Shown here in pieces: positions 23,317 through 33,757 of a DNA stretch of 64,000 bases. Under the pieces are notes generated by a model, which was given only the letters and a program-made list of their open reading frames with translations, was not told the origin of the DNA and did not search any database. A program made the position numbers and the translations under genes. Position 1 is the stretch's first letter. Each line of letters begins with the position of its first letter. Origin of the DNA: a bacterium (GTDB lineage: Bacteria; UBA8248); the NCBI GenBank assembly GCA_965202625.1, contig CBDBBI010000010.1:288001-352000 (forward strand), in the 5' to 3' direction.

Positions 23317-24026
23317 GCGAGAACCCGCGCCGAAAATCCGCCGGCATCGTCATTCCCGTCGATGGTCCCGCAGGCTCGGGTAAAAGCACGGCCGCCAAGG
23401 CGATTGCTCAGAGGCTGGGTCTCGACTACCTCGAGAGCGGGGCGCTGTACCGGGCGGTGGGCTATCAGGCGTTAAGGAGAAATGGGGAGGGAGGCTTTGT
23501 GGAGAAGGCGATCGCCTGCGCACGCGCGCTACGCTTCGCGTGCAGTAGTGAGGGGGGCACCTGGCGCAACGTTCTGGACGGGGAGGACGTCACCGACGCC
23601 CTGCGGGAGGAGGAGATAAGCGATGCGGCGTCGAGGGTGTCCCCCATACCAGCGGTGCGCGAGGCTCTGCTTGATTTTCAGAGGAGTTGCGGGCGCGAAC
23701 ACGGTGCCGTGATTGACGGGCGCGACATCGGCACGGTCGTCTTTCCGTACGCTCGGCTTAAGTTTTTTCTCGACGCAGAGGTTGAAGTGCGCATTCAGCG
23801 GCGCTTCGCCGAGCTGAAGGCACGGGGGATTTCCTTTGATCCGGAGCATCTGCGAGCAGATCTTAAGCGCAGGGACGAGAGAGACCGCAACAGGCGCGCC
23901 GCTCCATTGCGTAGAGCCGAGGACGCGGTGGAGATACAAACGAGCGATATGGGCGTTGACCAGGTACTCGCTGTCATGCTAGAGAAAATTCGCCTAGTGT
24001 ACGGGGAAGTCGTTGGGAATGTTTGA
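23313..24026 (+). CDS. cmk: cytidylate kinase
   Basis: DGPAGSGKST, SGALYR, DGRDIGTVVFP and RDERD motifs; start approximate. Confidence 0.95.
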   Translation: MSENPRRKSAGIVIPVDGPAGSGKSTAAKAIAQRLGLDYLESGALYRAVGYQALRRNGEGGFVEKAIACARALRFACSSEGGTWRNVLDGEDVTDALREEEISDAASRVSPIPAVREALLDFQRSCGREHGAVIDGRDIGTVVFPYARLKFFLDAEVEVRIQRRFAELKARGISFDPEHLRADLKRRDERDRNRRAAPLRRAEDAVEIQTSDMGVDQVLAVMLEKIRLVYGEVVGNV

Positions 24027-24156
24027 CTTGCAGGTTGATTCTCTTCCCTTCTAGGTATAGGGTCATCTTTTTGTCAATTTTACGCCGATGATGGCGGCGG
24101 CGATGGGAGCCTGAGCCATGCGGCGATTTTTTCTAAAAGCGAGGTAGCGTACACAG

Positions 24157-25941
24157 ATGAGTGAAACTCCCTCTGACGCCTCCGAGACAATCCCTGGTTT
24201 CTCGGAGAAGGTGGCCGAATTGCTTACGGACGAGATGGACCCAGACGCCTTTTCCCCAGAGCAGATGGATGATTTATACGCCGCCACTATGCGGGTGCAG
24301 GATGGGGAAATTATTGAAGGAACCGTCGTGGGCATGGAAGGCGAGTACGTACTCGTGGACGTGGGCTACAAGTCGGAAGGTTTCGTGCCTCGTTTTGAAT
24401 TTCCGAGCAGGGGGCGGGACCTCAAGCCCGGAGACAAGGTGGAGGTTTTCGTCGAAGAGCGCGAGGACGACGATGGCCTCATCGCGCTTTCCAAGGAGAA
24501 GGCCAACCGGATTAAGGTATGGGACGAGATCAGCGCGGCGCATGACAACGACGAGATCATCAAAGGGGAGATCATCGCTCGCATCAAAGGGGGACTCACG
24601 GTCGACATCGGCCTCAAGGCTTTTTTGCCGGGCTCCCAGGTTGACCTGCGGCCGGTGCGGAACCTTGATCAGTTCATTGGCAAGTCCTTCGAGATGAAGA
24701 TCATCAAGATTAACAGAAAGCGTGGAAACATCGTTCTCTCTCGTCGCGTGCTGCTTGAGGAAGAGAGGGCGGAGCTCAAGCGCGAGACGCTCGCCAACCT
24801 CCAGGAGGACATGGAGAAGGTGGGCGTCGTGAAGAACATCACCGACTACGGGGCGTTCATCGACCTCGGTGGAATAGACGGCTTGCTGCACATAACGGAT
24901 ATGTCCTGGGGGCGGGTCAGCCATCCGAGTGAACTTCTCTCCATCGGAGACAGCCTTAAGGTCATCGTTCTCAAGTATGACAAGGACCGCGAGCGCGTTT
25001 CCTTGGGGCACAAGCAAATCACGCCGGACCCTTGGGAGAGCCTGGAGATCAAATACCCCGTGTCCGGCAGGGTAAGAGGCCGGGTAGTTTCCATCACCGA
25101 TTACGGAGCGTTCGTCGAGCTGGAGCAGGGCGTGGAAGGCTTGGTGCACGTCTCCGAGATGTCCTGGACGCGGCGCGTTCGTCATCCATCCAAGTTCGTT
25201 GCCGTGGGGGACGTGGTGGAAGCCGTCGTCTTGAATCTGGACAAGGAGAGACGCAGAATTTCTCTCGGAATGAAACAGGTGGAGGCTAACCCGTGGACCA
25301 CGGTGGGGGAGAAATACCCCGTGGGGATGCGCGTAAAGGGCAGCGTTCGGAATCTGACGGAATTCGGTGCTTTCGTGGCACTAGACGAGGGCATCGACGG
25401 CCTCATCCACATCTCCGACATCTCCTGGACCCAACGCTTTAAGCACCCTTCCGAAATTCTGTGCAAGGGACAGGAAATCGAAGCGGTCGTGCTGAGCGTG
25501 GACGTCGAGAAAGAGCGTCTCTCCCTTGGGATGAAGCAAATCACTCCGGACCCTTGGATGGACATGAACGATCGCTATGCTGTGGGTGATGACATTGAGG
25601 CGAGAATCACAAAAATTACAAACTTTGGCGTATTCGCTGCTCCGGAGGAGGATTTAGAGGGGCTAGTTCACATTTCCGAGCTCGACTCGGACAAGGTCAA
25701 TGAGCCGGAGGATGTGGTGCACGTTGGTGACGTGTTCAAAATGCGTGTCATCAAGATTGATCCCGAGCAGAGAAGGTTGGGATTGAGCATCCGCGCCTAT
25801 GTGGAATCCACCGGAGAGGATCCCCTCGTCAGCCGGGCACCCCAGCCTCCAAAACCCCCTGAGGCGCAAGATGCGCCCGACGGGGAGGGCGAGGAAGACG
25901 CATCCCTGGGGGAGGGGAGCGCGGAATCCCAGAGGGCATGA
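24157..25941 (+). CDS. rpsA: 30S ribosomal protein S1
   Basis: Six S1 repeats (VDVGYKSEG, AFLPGSQVD, YGAFIDLGG.DGLLH and so on); GAGG RBS. Confidence 0.98.
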   Translation: MSETPSDASETIPGFSEKVAELLTDEMDPDAFSPEQMDDLYAATMRVQDGEIIEGTVVGMEGEYVLVDVGYKSEGFVPRFEFPSRGRDLKPGDKVEVFVEEREDDDGLIALSKEKANRIKVWDEISAAHDNDEIIKGEIIARIKGGLTVDIGLKAFLPGSQVDLRPVRNLDQFIGKSFEMKIIKINRKRGNIVLSRRVLLEEERAELKRETLANLQEDMEKVGVVKNITDYGAFIDLGGIDGLLHITDMSWGRVSHPSELLSIGDSLKVIVLKYDKDRERVSLGHKQITPDPWESLEIKYPVSGRVRGRVVSITDYGAFVELEQGVEGLVHVSEMSWTRRVRHPSKFVAVGDVVEAVVLNLDKERRRISLGMKQVEANPWTTVGEKYPVGMRVKGSVRNLTEFGAFVALDEGIDGLIHISDISWTQRFKHPSEILCKGQEIEAVVLSVDVEKERLSLGMKQITPDPWMDMNDRYAVGDDIEARITKITNFGVFAAPEEDLEGLVHISELDSDKVNEPEDVVHVGDVFKMRVIKIDPEQRRLGLSIRAYVESTGEDPLVSRAPQPPKPPEAQDAPDGEGEEDASLGEGSAESQRA

Positions 25942-26245
25942 AACCAAATCCGTGCGATAGGGTTTCTCGCCGCGCCGCTGTTTAAGAGGCTAAGAGGCGG
26001 AAAAGAGGATGTCGGTTGCGGGTGCAATCGGATAGCCGCGCCAGGATGTCCTGTAAATGATCGTTGCCCGCCGCGCGGTTTTTCGAAGTGGGGCGGATTG
26101 AATTTGCGATGCGAAGGGAGACACTGGCGGACTGGCGCATTTTGTCGCGTTGCTGGACGGAGTGGAAGGCTGAGCGAAAGCGCCGGGGAGGAGAGAGGCC
26201 CGGAACGCAAGCGTATCGCGCGATCTTGGGAGGATGCTGGTTCTT

Positions 26246-26611
26246 ATGACCAAGGCCGAATTGGTTGAGCACATAGCCGATAAAATCAATCTAACGAAAA
26301 AAGACACCGAGCGCGTCGTGAACGTTGTTTTCGAGAGTATCATGAACTCTTTGTCGCGGGGCGACAAGGTGGAGTTGCGTGGGTTCGGAAGTTTTCGGGT
26401 GCGCTTGAGAAATAGCCGCAACGGCCGGAATCCCAAGACGGGAGAGACGGTGGAGATTCCGCCGAAGAGGGTGCCTTTTTTCAAGGCGGGGAAAGAGTTG
26501 AGAGAAATGGTCGATCAGATCGAGTTGGGTGCTTTCTCCGATGATAGCGTCTCGGCCCTGGTGGATTTTGAGGCGTATCCAGGAGGACCGAATAACGACT
26601 CTCTGTTCTAG
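26246..26611 (+). CDS. ihfB: integration host factor beta / HU family protein
   Basis: MTKAEL, VELRGFGSF, GRNPKTGE and PFFKAGKEL motifs; follows rpsA. Confidence 0.9.
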   Translation: MTKAELVEHIADKINLTKKDTERVVNVVFESIMNSLSRGDKVELRGFGSFRVRLRNSRNGRNPKTGETVEIPPKRVPFFKAGKELREMVDQIELGAFSDDSVSALVDFEAYPGGPNNDSLF

Positions 26612-26672
26612 GGCACTGCTTGCACGTAGGCGTTCTTCTATCGGGTAATTCCGCCAGTCGGAATTTTTTCTT

Positions 26673-27143
26673 ATGGATGAAAAGTGGATCGGGCGCGGAT
26701 TCCTGGTTCTTAGCCAGGTCGATATCATGAAATCGGAGGTGGACGCTATCGTGAATGCTGCCAACAATCGCCTGTAGATGTGGACAGTCGTGGCGCGCGA
26801 TCAAGAAAAAGAGCGGGGAGGCGATATAAGCTGAAGCGGTTTCGAAAGGGCCGATTCCTGTGGGAAGCACGCTCATCACCGACGGCGGCAGACTTTCCAC
26901 GCGACACGTGATCCTCCCCTGAAATCGTTGAAGTCTGCACCTGCACGAGCCTAGAGGCGGCCGAGGCACATGGGTTGGCGAGCATCGCATTTCCCGCTAT
27001 TGGGGTGGGCGTTGGGAGAGACAGGAGGCATTCGATATGCTCTCGACTTGGGATTTCGCCGCCTTTCAGGGTGCGCTTGAAGCGCTTTGATTTTTCGAGC
27101 GAAGCGCCTTTTTGATCGCTCTCCTGCCCACCCCCGCAGTTGA
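26673..27143 (+). pseudogene. degraded macrodomain protein (O-acetyl-ADP-ribose deacetylase/YmdB-like)
   Basis: From ATG 26673: ...VDIMKSEVDAIVNAANNRL*, then frameshifted KGPIPVG...TDGGRL..HVI and SIAFPAIGVGVG; 3' end approximate. Confidence 0.85.
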
Positions 27144-27205
27144 GTGCGCGCAAGACGCTTTCGTTTCACGGCGCGCCCTCTCTCTTCCCTTCAAATCCTC
27201 AAAGC

Positions 27206-28204
27206 ATGAGCCGTAAGGTATCGGGGGATCCACGGCCGATTGTCGTCCTCGTGGGCGCTACGTGTTCGGGGAAAACGGCTTTGGGCGTGGCGCTCATCCA
27301 GCGCTTCCGGAAAGTGGGAGTAAAGTTTGAGATCGTGGGCGCCGACGCAAGGCAGATTTATCGCGGAGTCGGCGTGGGCACCGCCAAGCCCGACATGAAC
27401 GAGCGTGTCGGGGTGCCGCATCACATGCTGGACGTCGCCGATCCGGAAGAGACCTACAGTGCTGCGCGCTATGCGAACGAGGCGATGACCTGCGTCGAGG
27501 GCGTTTATCGTCGGGGCGCCCGTCCGCTCGTGGTGGGGGGGAGCGGCTTGTACGTTCGCGCTTTGGTGGAGGGATTTTTCGATGCCCCCGAGGCGCAGCC
27601 GCAGATGCGAAACCAGCTGGAGGCGGAGGCTTCCGAGCGCGGGGTCAAGGCCATGCACGATCGCCTCGCCGCCGTGGACCCGGAGACAGCCACGAAACTC
27701 CACCCCAACGATCTACGGCGGGTGGTCCGCGCCCTTGAGGTGTATGAGGTCACGGGGCGTCCACCCTCGCTGCTGCGCGCGGAACAACCCCCCCCCCGCT
27801 TCGCCTCCCCGTTGTATATTGGTCTTCGGTATCCGCCGTCCGTCCTCGCCGAGCGTATCGAGCACAGGGTGCGGCGGATGCTTCAGGGCGGAATGATCGA
27901 CGAGGCGGCGGCCCTAGCCAAAATGCGTCTCACAAACGCTCAGGTTTTCGAGGGATTGGGGTTTCGGGAGGCACTCGCGCTGTGTCAGGGACGTATCAGC
28001 GAAGAGGAGGCGGTTCAGGAAATATCCCGCCTTCACCGAAACTACGCGAAACGACAACGGGTATGGTTCCAAAAGCTGGAGGGCGTGCGCTGGTATTGCC
28101 CCCAGCGTGCGGGACAGCAGGTTTTGCTGGACGAAGTATATGATACAGTGTTGTCCTACTTGGGTCCCGGTGCTTTCGAGACTCGCCTGGGGGGCTTCTC
28201 TTGA
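27206..28204 (+). CDS. miaA: tRNA dimethylallyltransferase
   Basis: GATCSGKT, DARQIYRG..VGTAKP, VGGSGLY, RVVRALEV and YAKRQ..WF motifs. Confidence 0.96.
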   Translation: MSRKVSGDPRPIVVLVGATCSGKTALGVALIQRFRKVGVKFEIVGADARQIYRGVGVGTAKPDMNERVGVPHHMLDVADPEETYSAARYANEAMTCVEGVYRRGARPLVVGGSGLYVRALVEGFFDAPEAQPQMRNQLEAEASERGVKAMHDRLAAVDPETATKLHPNDLRRVVRALEVYEVTGRPPSLLRAEQPPPRFASPLYIGLRYPPSVLAERIEHRVRRMLQGGMIDEAAALAKMRLTNAQVFEGLGFREALALCQGRISEEEAVQEISRLHRNYAKRQRVWFQKLEGVRWYCPQRAGQQVLLDEVYDTVLSYLGPGAFETRLGGFS

Positions 28205-28746
28205 ACATCGTTCTCATTGGTTTCAAGGGATGCGGAAAATCGACCATCGGGCCTCTACTCGCCGAAAAAATGAGATTCTCCTTTCAAGACCTCGACCTTT
28301 TGATCGAGCGAAGATATTTTGAAGAAACTGGAGAAGCGTTAAGCTTTCGGGACATTTTCAGAAAAAAAGGTGAAGCTCTTTTTCGGGCAACGGAAAATGT
28401 CCTGCTGAGAGAACAACTTAAGGAGGGGGCGAATCTCGTTCTCGCCCTCGGCGGCGGGACGTCGATGCTGCCTGGCGTTGGTTCGCTGCTGGCACCCCAT
28501 TACGTGGTTTATCTTCGGGTGCCGGTGCGTGATATCATTGCTAGGGTGCGGGCCGGTGGCTGGCCCGCCTACCTTGAAGGCAAGGCAGACCCGGAAGGGG
28601 TGCTGCGCCTGCTTTTCAGAAGGCGCGCTTCGCGATACGAAGAACTTGCGGACCTGGTTGTTGAGAACGTGCGCGCGCCCGAGGAGGTCTCGGAGACGGC
28701 ACTCTCCCGAATACGTGCGGCGATGCCGCCGAGTGCGAGAGGCTAG
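28201..28746 (+). CDS. aroK: shikimate kinase
   Basis: NIVLIGFKGCGKST, GE..FR..E and LGGG motifs; upstream of aroC. Confidence 0.93.
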   Translation: MNIVLIGFKGCGKSTIGPLLAEKMRFSFQDLDLLIERRYFEETGEALSFRDIFRKKGEALFRATENVLLREQLKEGANLVLALGGGTSMLPGVGSLLAPHYVVYLRVPVRDIIARVRAGGWPAYLEGKADPEGVLRLLFRRRASRYEELADLVVENVRAPEEVSETALSRIRAAMPPSARG

Positions 28747-28758
28747 AAGAGGAGAGTC

Positions 28759-29832
28759 GTGTCGAATACGTTTGGCCGATTGTTTCGTTTCACGACTTGG
28801 GGCGAGTCCCACGGTCCCGCTCTGGGCGTCGTGGTGGATGGTTGTCCGGCGGGTCTCGCGCTTGATGCGTCCGACCTCCAGCGCGAGTTGGACCGCAGGC
28901 GGCCGGGACAGAGTCGCGTGACGACCCAGCGCAGAGAGGAGGACCGGGCGGAGATTCTGTCCGGCGTTTTCGAGGGCGAGACGACGGGGCACCCCATCTC
29001 GGTACTCATTCGCAATAAGGATGCGGATTCGAGCAAATACGAGCCCTTGCGAGGTCTGTTTCGCCCCGGACACGCGGATTTCACCTATGTCGAAAAATGG
29101 GAAATCCGCGACCACCGAGGAGGCGGACGCTCCAGTGCGCGGGAGACGGCCGCGCGCGTGGCGGCAGGAGCGATAGCGAGAAAACTCCTCGCCCGCCTCG
29201 GTATCTCGATTCTGGGCTATGTCCACCAGGTCGGGACGGTTCTCTGGGATGATGAGCGTTTCGACCCGGAGGAGATAGAGAGAAACGTCGTTCGCTGCCC
29301 CGATCGGAAAACGGCGCATCGAATGGAGGCGGCCATCCTTGAGGCCCGAAAGGCGGGCGATTCGGTGGGCGGGGCGATCACGATTCGCTCCGAGGGCGTT
29401 CCCGCCGGATGGGGGGAGCCGATCTATGGACGTCTCGACGCCGATCTCGCCGCGGCGATGATGGGCGTCAACGCGGTGAAGGGGGTCGAGATCGGCTCTG
29501 GTTTTCGGGCGGCTGGAATGAGGGGTTCGGAGAACAACGACGCCTTCGAGATGAAGGGCGGCAAGCCGGGGATGAGGACGAACAACGCAGGCGGCGTTTT
29601 GGGGGGAATATCCACGGGCGCGCCGATAGTGGTTCGCTTCGCGGTGAAGCCGACTTCCTCTATCTTGATAGAGCAGGATACGGTGACGACCTCGAGAGAG
29701 GAGACGACCGTGAGGGTGGAAGGCCGTCACGACCCGTGCGTGGCGACGAGGGCGGTACCCATCGGTGAGGCGATGATGGCGTTGGTGTTGGCGGATCATT
29801 GGCGGCTGAGCCTCGGGAGCCGCGTTGGTTGA
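28759..29832 (+). CDS. aroC: chorismate synthase
   Basis: [34 protein letters not shown] and GRHDPC motifs. Confidence 0.98.
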   Translation: MSNTFGRLFRFTTWGESHGPALGVVVDGCPAGLALDASDLQRELDRRRPGQSRVTTQRREEDRAEILSGVFEGETTGHPISVLIRNKDADSSKYEPLRGLFRPGHADFTYVEKWEIRDHRGGGRSSARETAARVAAGAIARKLLARLGISILGYVHQVGTVLWDDERFDPEEIERNVVRCPDRKTAHRMEAAILEARKAGDSVGGAITIRSEGVPAGWGEPIYGRLDADLAAAMMGVNAVKGVEIGSGFRAAGMRGSENNDAFEMKGGKPGMRTNNAGGVLGGISTGAPIVVRFAVKPTSSILIEQDTVTTSREETTVRVEGRHDPCVATRAVPIGEAMMALVLADHWRLSLGSRVG

Positions 29833-30573
29833 TTGCGGTTGGTGTCTTAAACGCGCGTCCGCGTCGTCTGAAGCCATGAGGCGATTCGCGCCTTTGCATG
29901 GAAAGCAGGGGCGTGAAACCGATTGTTCCCGGGCGAGATGCCGTCAGGGTAAGGTGTGTCGAGAGGGATCGTTATGACGATTTCCCTTCTTTCACGGAGT
30001 GTGACATGAATCTGGGCGTTGTGGGCCAGGCCGTAGTGCTGGCGGAGACATTGTGGAACCCATTTGTCGGGAGTGCTTCAGGAGGGGAAAGGACGTGATT
30101 CTCAGCCCCGTGGGCGCGTTTCTCGGGCGCGATGATTTGGCTTGAGGAGGCGAGATGGGGATGATCGCGCGTATTCATTCCCTCGGGTGCCATCTTCGAT
30201 GTGGGCGTTCTGAAGGGGCGTCGGTCGGAGGAGATGGTATCCGTCACCATGACCATCCAAGGGCTGCCAGCGATTCTCAGGGGTGGCCCTATATTAAAGC
30301 TAAAGCCCGGGGGATCGACTTTGATGCGATCAGCGAGGCGACGGTGATCTTTGAGGGCCGCTGACATGAGTTTCGTGGGCATCGGATCGCACAGGACGAA
30401 GATGCGGATTTGTGCGATCCCGCAGCCGAGCGCAATATCTGTGAATTCAAGGCCGTGGGCGAATTCGGCCGCTCTTCCATTCGCTCCGAGAACCATCGAA
30501 CGGGCGTGTTGACTTATCTCTCTGCCTTGCCCTTCTTAGAGAGCGACAAGCTGCCTTGCGCGTCGGTGCCTAG
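29829..30573 (+). pseudogene. nadX: degraded L-aspartate dehydrogenase
   Basis: Frameshifted fragments in NadX order: EGKDVI..VGA, IFIPSGAI, PYI..RGIDFDAISEATVIFEG, GIG..RT.MRI, DPAAERN..EF...GEFG, TYLSA and LRVGA*; 5' end approximate. Confidence 0.8.
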
Positions 30574-30611
30574 CCGCACCGCGCGTGATTCCCCGGATGG
30601 AGGATGGTGTT

Positions 30612-31595
30612 TTGAGTCGAAATGTCGTTTTTTTTGTCCCGGAGGCACGCGAGCCCATTGAATCGTTGCGAAGAATGCTGACGCCGCATGGTGAGTTCCG
30701 CGATGGCGGTCCCCGAAAATGGTCGGAGGCCGCACTCACGCGCGACGCCGATGAATGGGACGCCCTGCTAGTGACGTCGAGAGAGCGAATCACGAAGCGG
30801 GTGATCGAGGCCGCGACGCACCTGAAGATCATCGCCAAGATTGGCGTGGGTGTGGAGAACATCGACATTCCGGCGGCGACGAGACGAAAAATTCCGGTGA
30901 CGAACTGCCCGGGCGCGAACGCGGTCGCTGTGGCGGAGGCTTCCCTGGGCCTGATGTTGGCGTCGAGCCGCCGAATCCCCCAGGTGATGGCGAGTCTGCG
31001 GGAGGGGCGCTGGCGTGAGGGCGTCTGGATCGCGGGCGAGATGAGCGGGGCTACGTTCGGGATCGTCGGCTTCGGGAATATTGGGCGTGAGCTGGCCAGA
31101 CTCCTGTCCGGATTTCAGGGACGCATTCTGGCGTATGACGCGTTTGTCAGCGATGAAGCAATGCGCGCGATGGGCGTGGAGCCGGTGGATCTGGACGCCT
31201 TGACGCTCGTGTCCGACTTCATATCCATTCATTGCAGCCTCACGTCCGAGACCCACCGCATGTTTGACGCCCGTAGGTTTCAGATGATGAAGAAATCGGC
31301 TGTCCTCGTGAATTGCGCGCGCGGGGCGATCATCGACGAGGAGGCGTTGCTCCACGCGCTCAGGTCGGGGGAAATTGCCTCGGCGGGGCTCGACGTTTTC
31401 GAGGAGGAGCCGTCGAGCCCGGATAATCCGCTTTTTCGTCAGCCGAACGTCGTGGCGACGCCGCACTGCGCCGGAGCGAGCCGCCAGGCGCGCGAGCGGG
31501 TGAATCAGTTGGCCGGCGCGAACGTGCTGGCCGCCTTAAGAGGCGAGCGGGTGCATCCGGCCACGCTGCTTAATCCGCAGGCGTATGAGGGTTGA
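30612..31595 (+). CDS. D-2-hydroxyacid dehydrogenase (SerA-like, no ACT domain)
   Basis: GVGVENID, NAVAVAE, GIVGFGNIG, NCARG, LDVFEEEP and TPH motifs. Confidence 0.92.
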   Translation: MSRNVVFFVPEAREPIESLRRMLTPHGEFRDGGPRKWSEAALTRDADEWDALLVTSRERITKRVIEAATHLKIIAKIGVGVENIDIPAATRRKIPVTNCPGANAVAVAEASLGLMLASSRRIPQVMASLREGRWREGVWIAGEMSGATFGIVGFGNIGRELARLLSGFQGRILAYDAFVSDEAMRAMGVEPVDLDALTLVSDFISIHCSLTSETHRMFDARRFQMMKKSAVLVNCARGAIIDEEALLHALRSGEIASAGLDVFEEEPSSPDNPLFRQPNVVATPHCAGASRQARERVNQLAGANVLAALRGERVHPATLLNPQAYEG

Positions 31596-31720
31596 AACCG
31601 GGGGAGCTCCCCATAATTTATTTCTCTCTCAGGCTTGCGCCAGCCTGGCCAGGGTCATTATACTTACGCTGTTATTCGTTGCTTCGGACCGCACACCCTC
31701 ACAAGTTGGGAGGATGTTTT

Positions 31721-32635
31721 TTGGAAGGCGAGACGGATAAAATATGGATGGATGGAGGTTTCGTTCCTTGGAGTGAAGCCAAAATTCATGTCCTCACGCA
31801 TACGCTGCACTATGGATTGGGCGTATTCGAGGGAATTCGCTGTTATCAGACCGAGCGTGGCTCCGCTGTCTTCCGTTTGGAAGAACACATGCGAAGGTTG
31901 TATGACTCCGCCCGAATCGTGGGTCTGAATGTGCCTGTAACGCAGGATGACTTCACCGAGGCGGTTCTAGAGACGGTACAGGTGAACGCGATGAAGGCGT
32001 GCTATGTTCGCCCGCTCGTCTGGCTCGGCTATGGCTCTATGGGGGTGAACTCCAAGGGATCGCCCACTCATGCGATGGTCGCCGTCTGGAGCTGGGGGGC
32101 ATATCTGGGTAAGGAGGGGCTGGAGAAGGGCATTCGCGTCAAGGTTTCATCCTTCACGTCTCACCACCCAAACAGCTACATGACGAAGGCGAAAACCACC
32201 GGCAACTACGCCGTCAGCCAGATGGCGAAGCTCGAATCCGTGGCGTCGGGCTACGACGAGGCACTCATGCTGGATTCGGAGGGTCTGGTGGCCCAGGGAT
32301 CGGGCGAGAACATATTCATCGTCCGAGACGGCGTGCTCAAGACTCCGCCGTTGCATGGGGTTCTGGCGGGAATTACGCGCGACACCATTATGCGTCTCGC
32401 TGATGAGCAGGGTGTGGAGGTTCAGGTCGCCCCCTTCGCCCGTGACGAGGTTTACGTGGCGGATGAGGCTTTCTTCACTGGCACGGCGGCCGAGGTGACC
32501 CCCATTCGGGAGGTGGACGGCAGGGACGTCGGTAAAGGAGAACCTGGTCCGCTGACGAAGAGAATCCAGTCCGCGTTCTTCGAAATTGTGAACGGACGCG
32601 ACGAGAGTAAGCTCGATTGGCTGACGTTTATTTGA
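31721..32635 (+). CDS. ilvE: branched-chain amino acid aminotransferase
   Basis: HTLHYGLGVFEG, WGAYLG, AKTTGNY, GENIF and TGTAAEVTP motifs; TTG start after GGGAGG. Confidence 0.96.
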   Translation: MEGETDKIWMDGGFVPWSEAKIHVLTHTLHYGLGVFEGIRCYQTERGSAVFRLEEHMRRLYDSARIVGLNVPVTQDDFTEAVLETVQVNAMKACYVRPLVWLGYGSMGVNSKGSPTHAMVAVWSWGAYLGKEGLEKGIRVKVSSFTSHHPNSYMTKAKTTGNYAVSQMAKLESVASGYDEALMLDSEGLVAQGSGENIFIVRDGVLKTPPLHGVLAGITRDTIMRLADEQGVEVQVAPFARDEVYVADEAFFTGTAAEVTPIREVDGRDVGKGEPGPLTKRIQSAFFEIVNGRDESKLDWLTFI

Positions 32636-32654
32636 GGAGAAGGAGAACTGCGAA

Positions 32655-32987
32655 GTGCCGATCTACGAATATGAATGCGACGCATGTGGCGATGACCACG
32701 AAATTATCCAGAAGATGGGGGCTCGTACGCTCAGGAAGTGCCCGAGTTGTGGTGCGCTCAAGCTCCGTCGCAAAATTTCCCGCTCCGCTTTCCATCTGAA
32801 GGGAGCTGGCTGGTACGTGACGGATTACGCCTCGAAGGGTGAAACGAAGGAGGCGAACTCGGAGAGTGCTGTCTCCGATTCTCAATCGCAGGGCAAGTCT
32901 GCCGAGAATAAAGAGGCGGCGGCCAAAGGCGGCGGCACCTCATCGGAGACCAAGAAGGAAAAGCCGTCGCCGGTCGCGACTGGCTAG
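32655..32987 (+). CDS. FmdB family zinc-ribbon protein
   Basis: MPIYEYECDACG...CPSCG and FHLKGAGWYVTDY motifs; low-complexity tail. Confidence 0.92.
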   Translation: MPIYEYECDACGDDHEIIQKMGARTLRKCPSCGALKLRRKISRSAFHLKGAGWYVTDYASKGETKEANSESAVSDSQSQGKSAENKEAAAKGGGTSSETKKEKPSPVATG

Positions 32988-33757
32988 TTTTGGGGGAGAA
33001 ACGCCACCATTCTTACGATGCAGCCGTCGCCGCCCGTCCAGCGCCAGGGAAAGGCGGCGACGGCGAAGCGTTTGCCTACGACTTTGTCGATGTCTCCCCC
33101 CACGTTCTCGAAACCCACGATTCCGTTTCCCAGAAGCGCACGGTGGCAAGGCTCCCAGTCGGGGAAATCCGCGCTCACGGCGCGGCCGAAGCGCTTTTCG
33201 TATTCATCCAAGGTGAAGGGGCAGATGGGCTGAGGCCCCCAAGCGATTTTCGTGCCTAATGGATGGTCGAGCGCTTGTTGGTCCACGCCCACGCCCTTCA
33301 CGCCGCGTTCCACGAGCCATTCGCCCGCCTCCCTGTAGAGGCCGGGGGAGTAGATGAAGTACTTGGTTTTGTCGCCGTAATGACGGTGCCAACCGGTATG
33401 CACGATGACGATGTCGCCCGGCTGAATCTCCGGTCTTGCGCTCTCGAGGTCCTCCGACGTGATGACTTCCCACTCCTCTTTCGGAATGTCCACACAGACC
33501 GCATTGCCGAAATAGCTTTGCAGTGGCATCTGATCCATGAACGGGGCACCCTCGATGACGTGGGCGGGAGCGTCGGTGTGGGTGGTGCAGTGCATGAAGG
33601 TAGTGATTTGCTGACTCAGCACCTGGCTTTTGGCGTGGTAGTGAAATCTTTCGATCTTAATATCCGGGAAATAGGGCCACAGCGGGGCACCGTGACCCCA
33701 GGGATGGCTTAAGTCGATGAGGTCGTATCTATCTAGGCGATCCGTGTCGATGATCAT
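32984..33757 (-). CDS. cyclase family metallohydrolase (kynurenine formamidase-like)
   Basis: IDLSHP, HCTTHTDAPAH, VHTGW, VGVD, H..LL..GI..FEN and GDGC..R motifs. Confidence 0.92.
   Translation of the reverse strand: MIIDTDRLDRYDLIDLSHPWGHGAPLWPYFPDIKIERFHYHAKSQVLSQQITTFMHCTTHTDAPAHVIEGAPFMDQMPLQSYFGNAVCVDIPKEEWEVITSEDLESARPEIQPGDIVIVHTGWHRHYGDKTKYFIYSPGLYREAGEWLVERGVKGVGVDQQALDHPLGTKIAWGPQPICPFTLDEYEKRFGRAVSADFPDWEPCHRALLGNGIVGFENVGGDIDKVVGKRFAVAAFPWRWTGGDGCIVRMVAFLPQN

Noticed and set aside
25942-26245. rpsA-ihfB gap as an sppA remnant or ncRNA
   Set aside because: No SppA motifs or convincing structure recoverable by eye.
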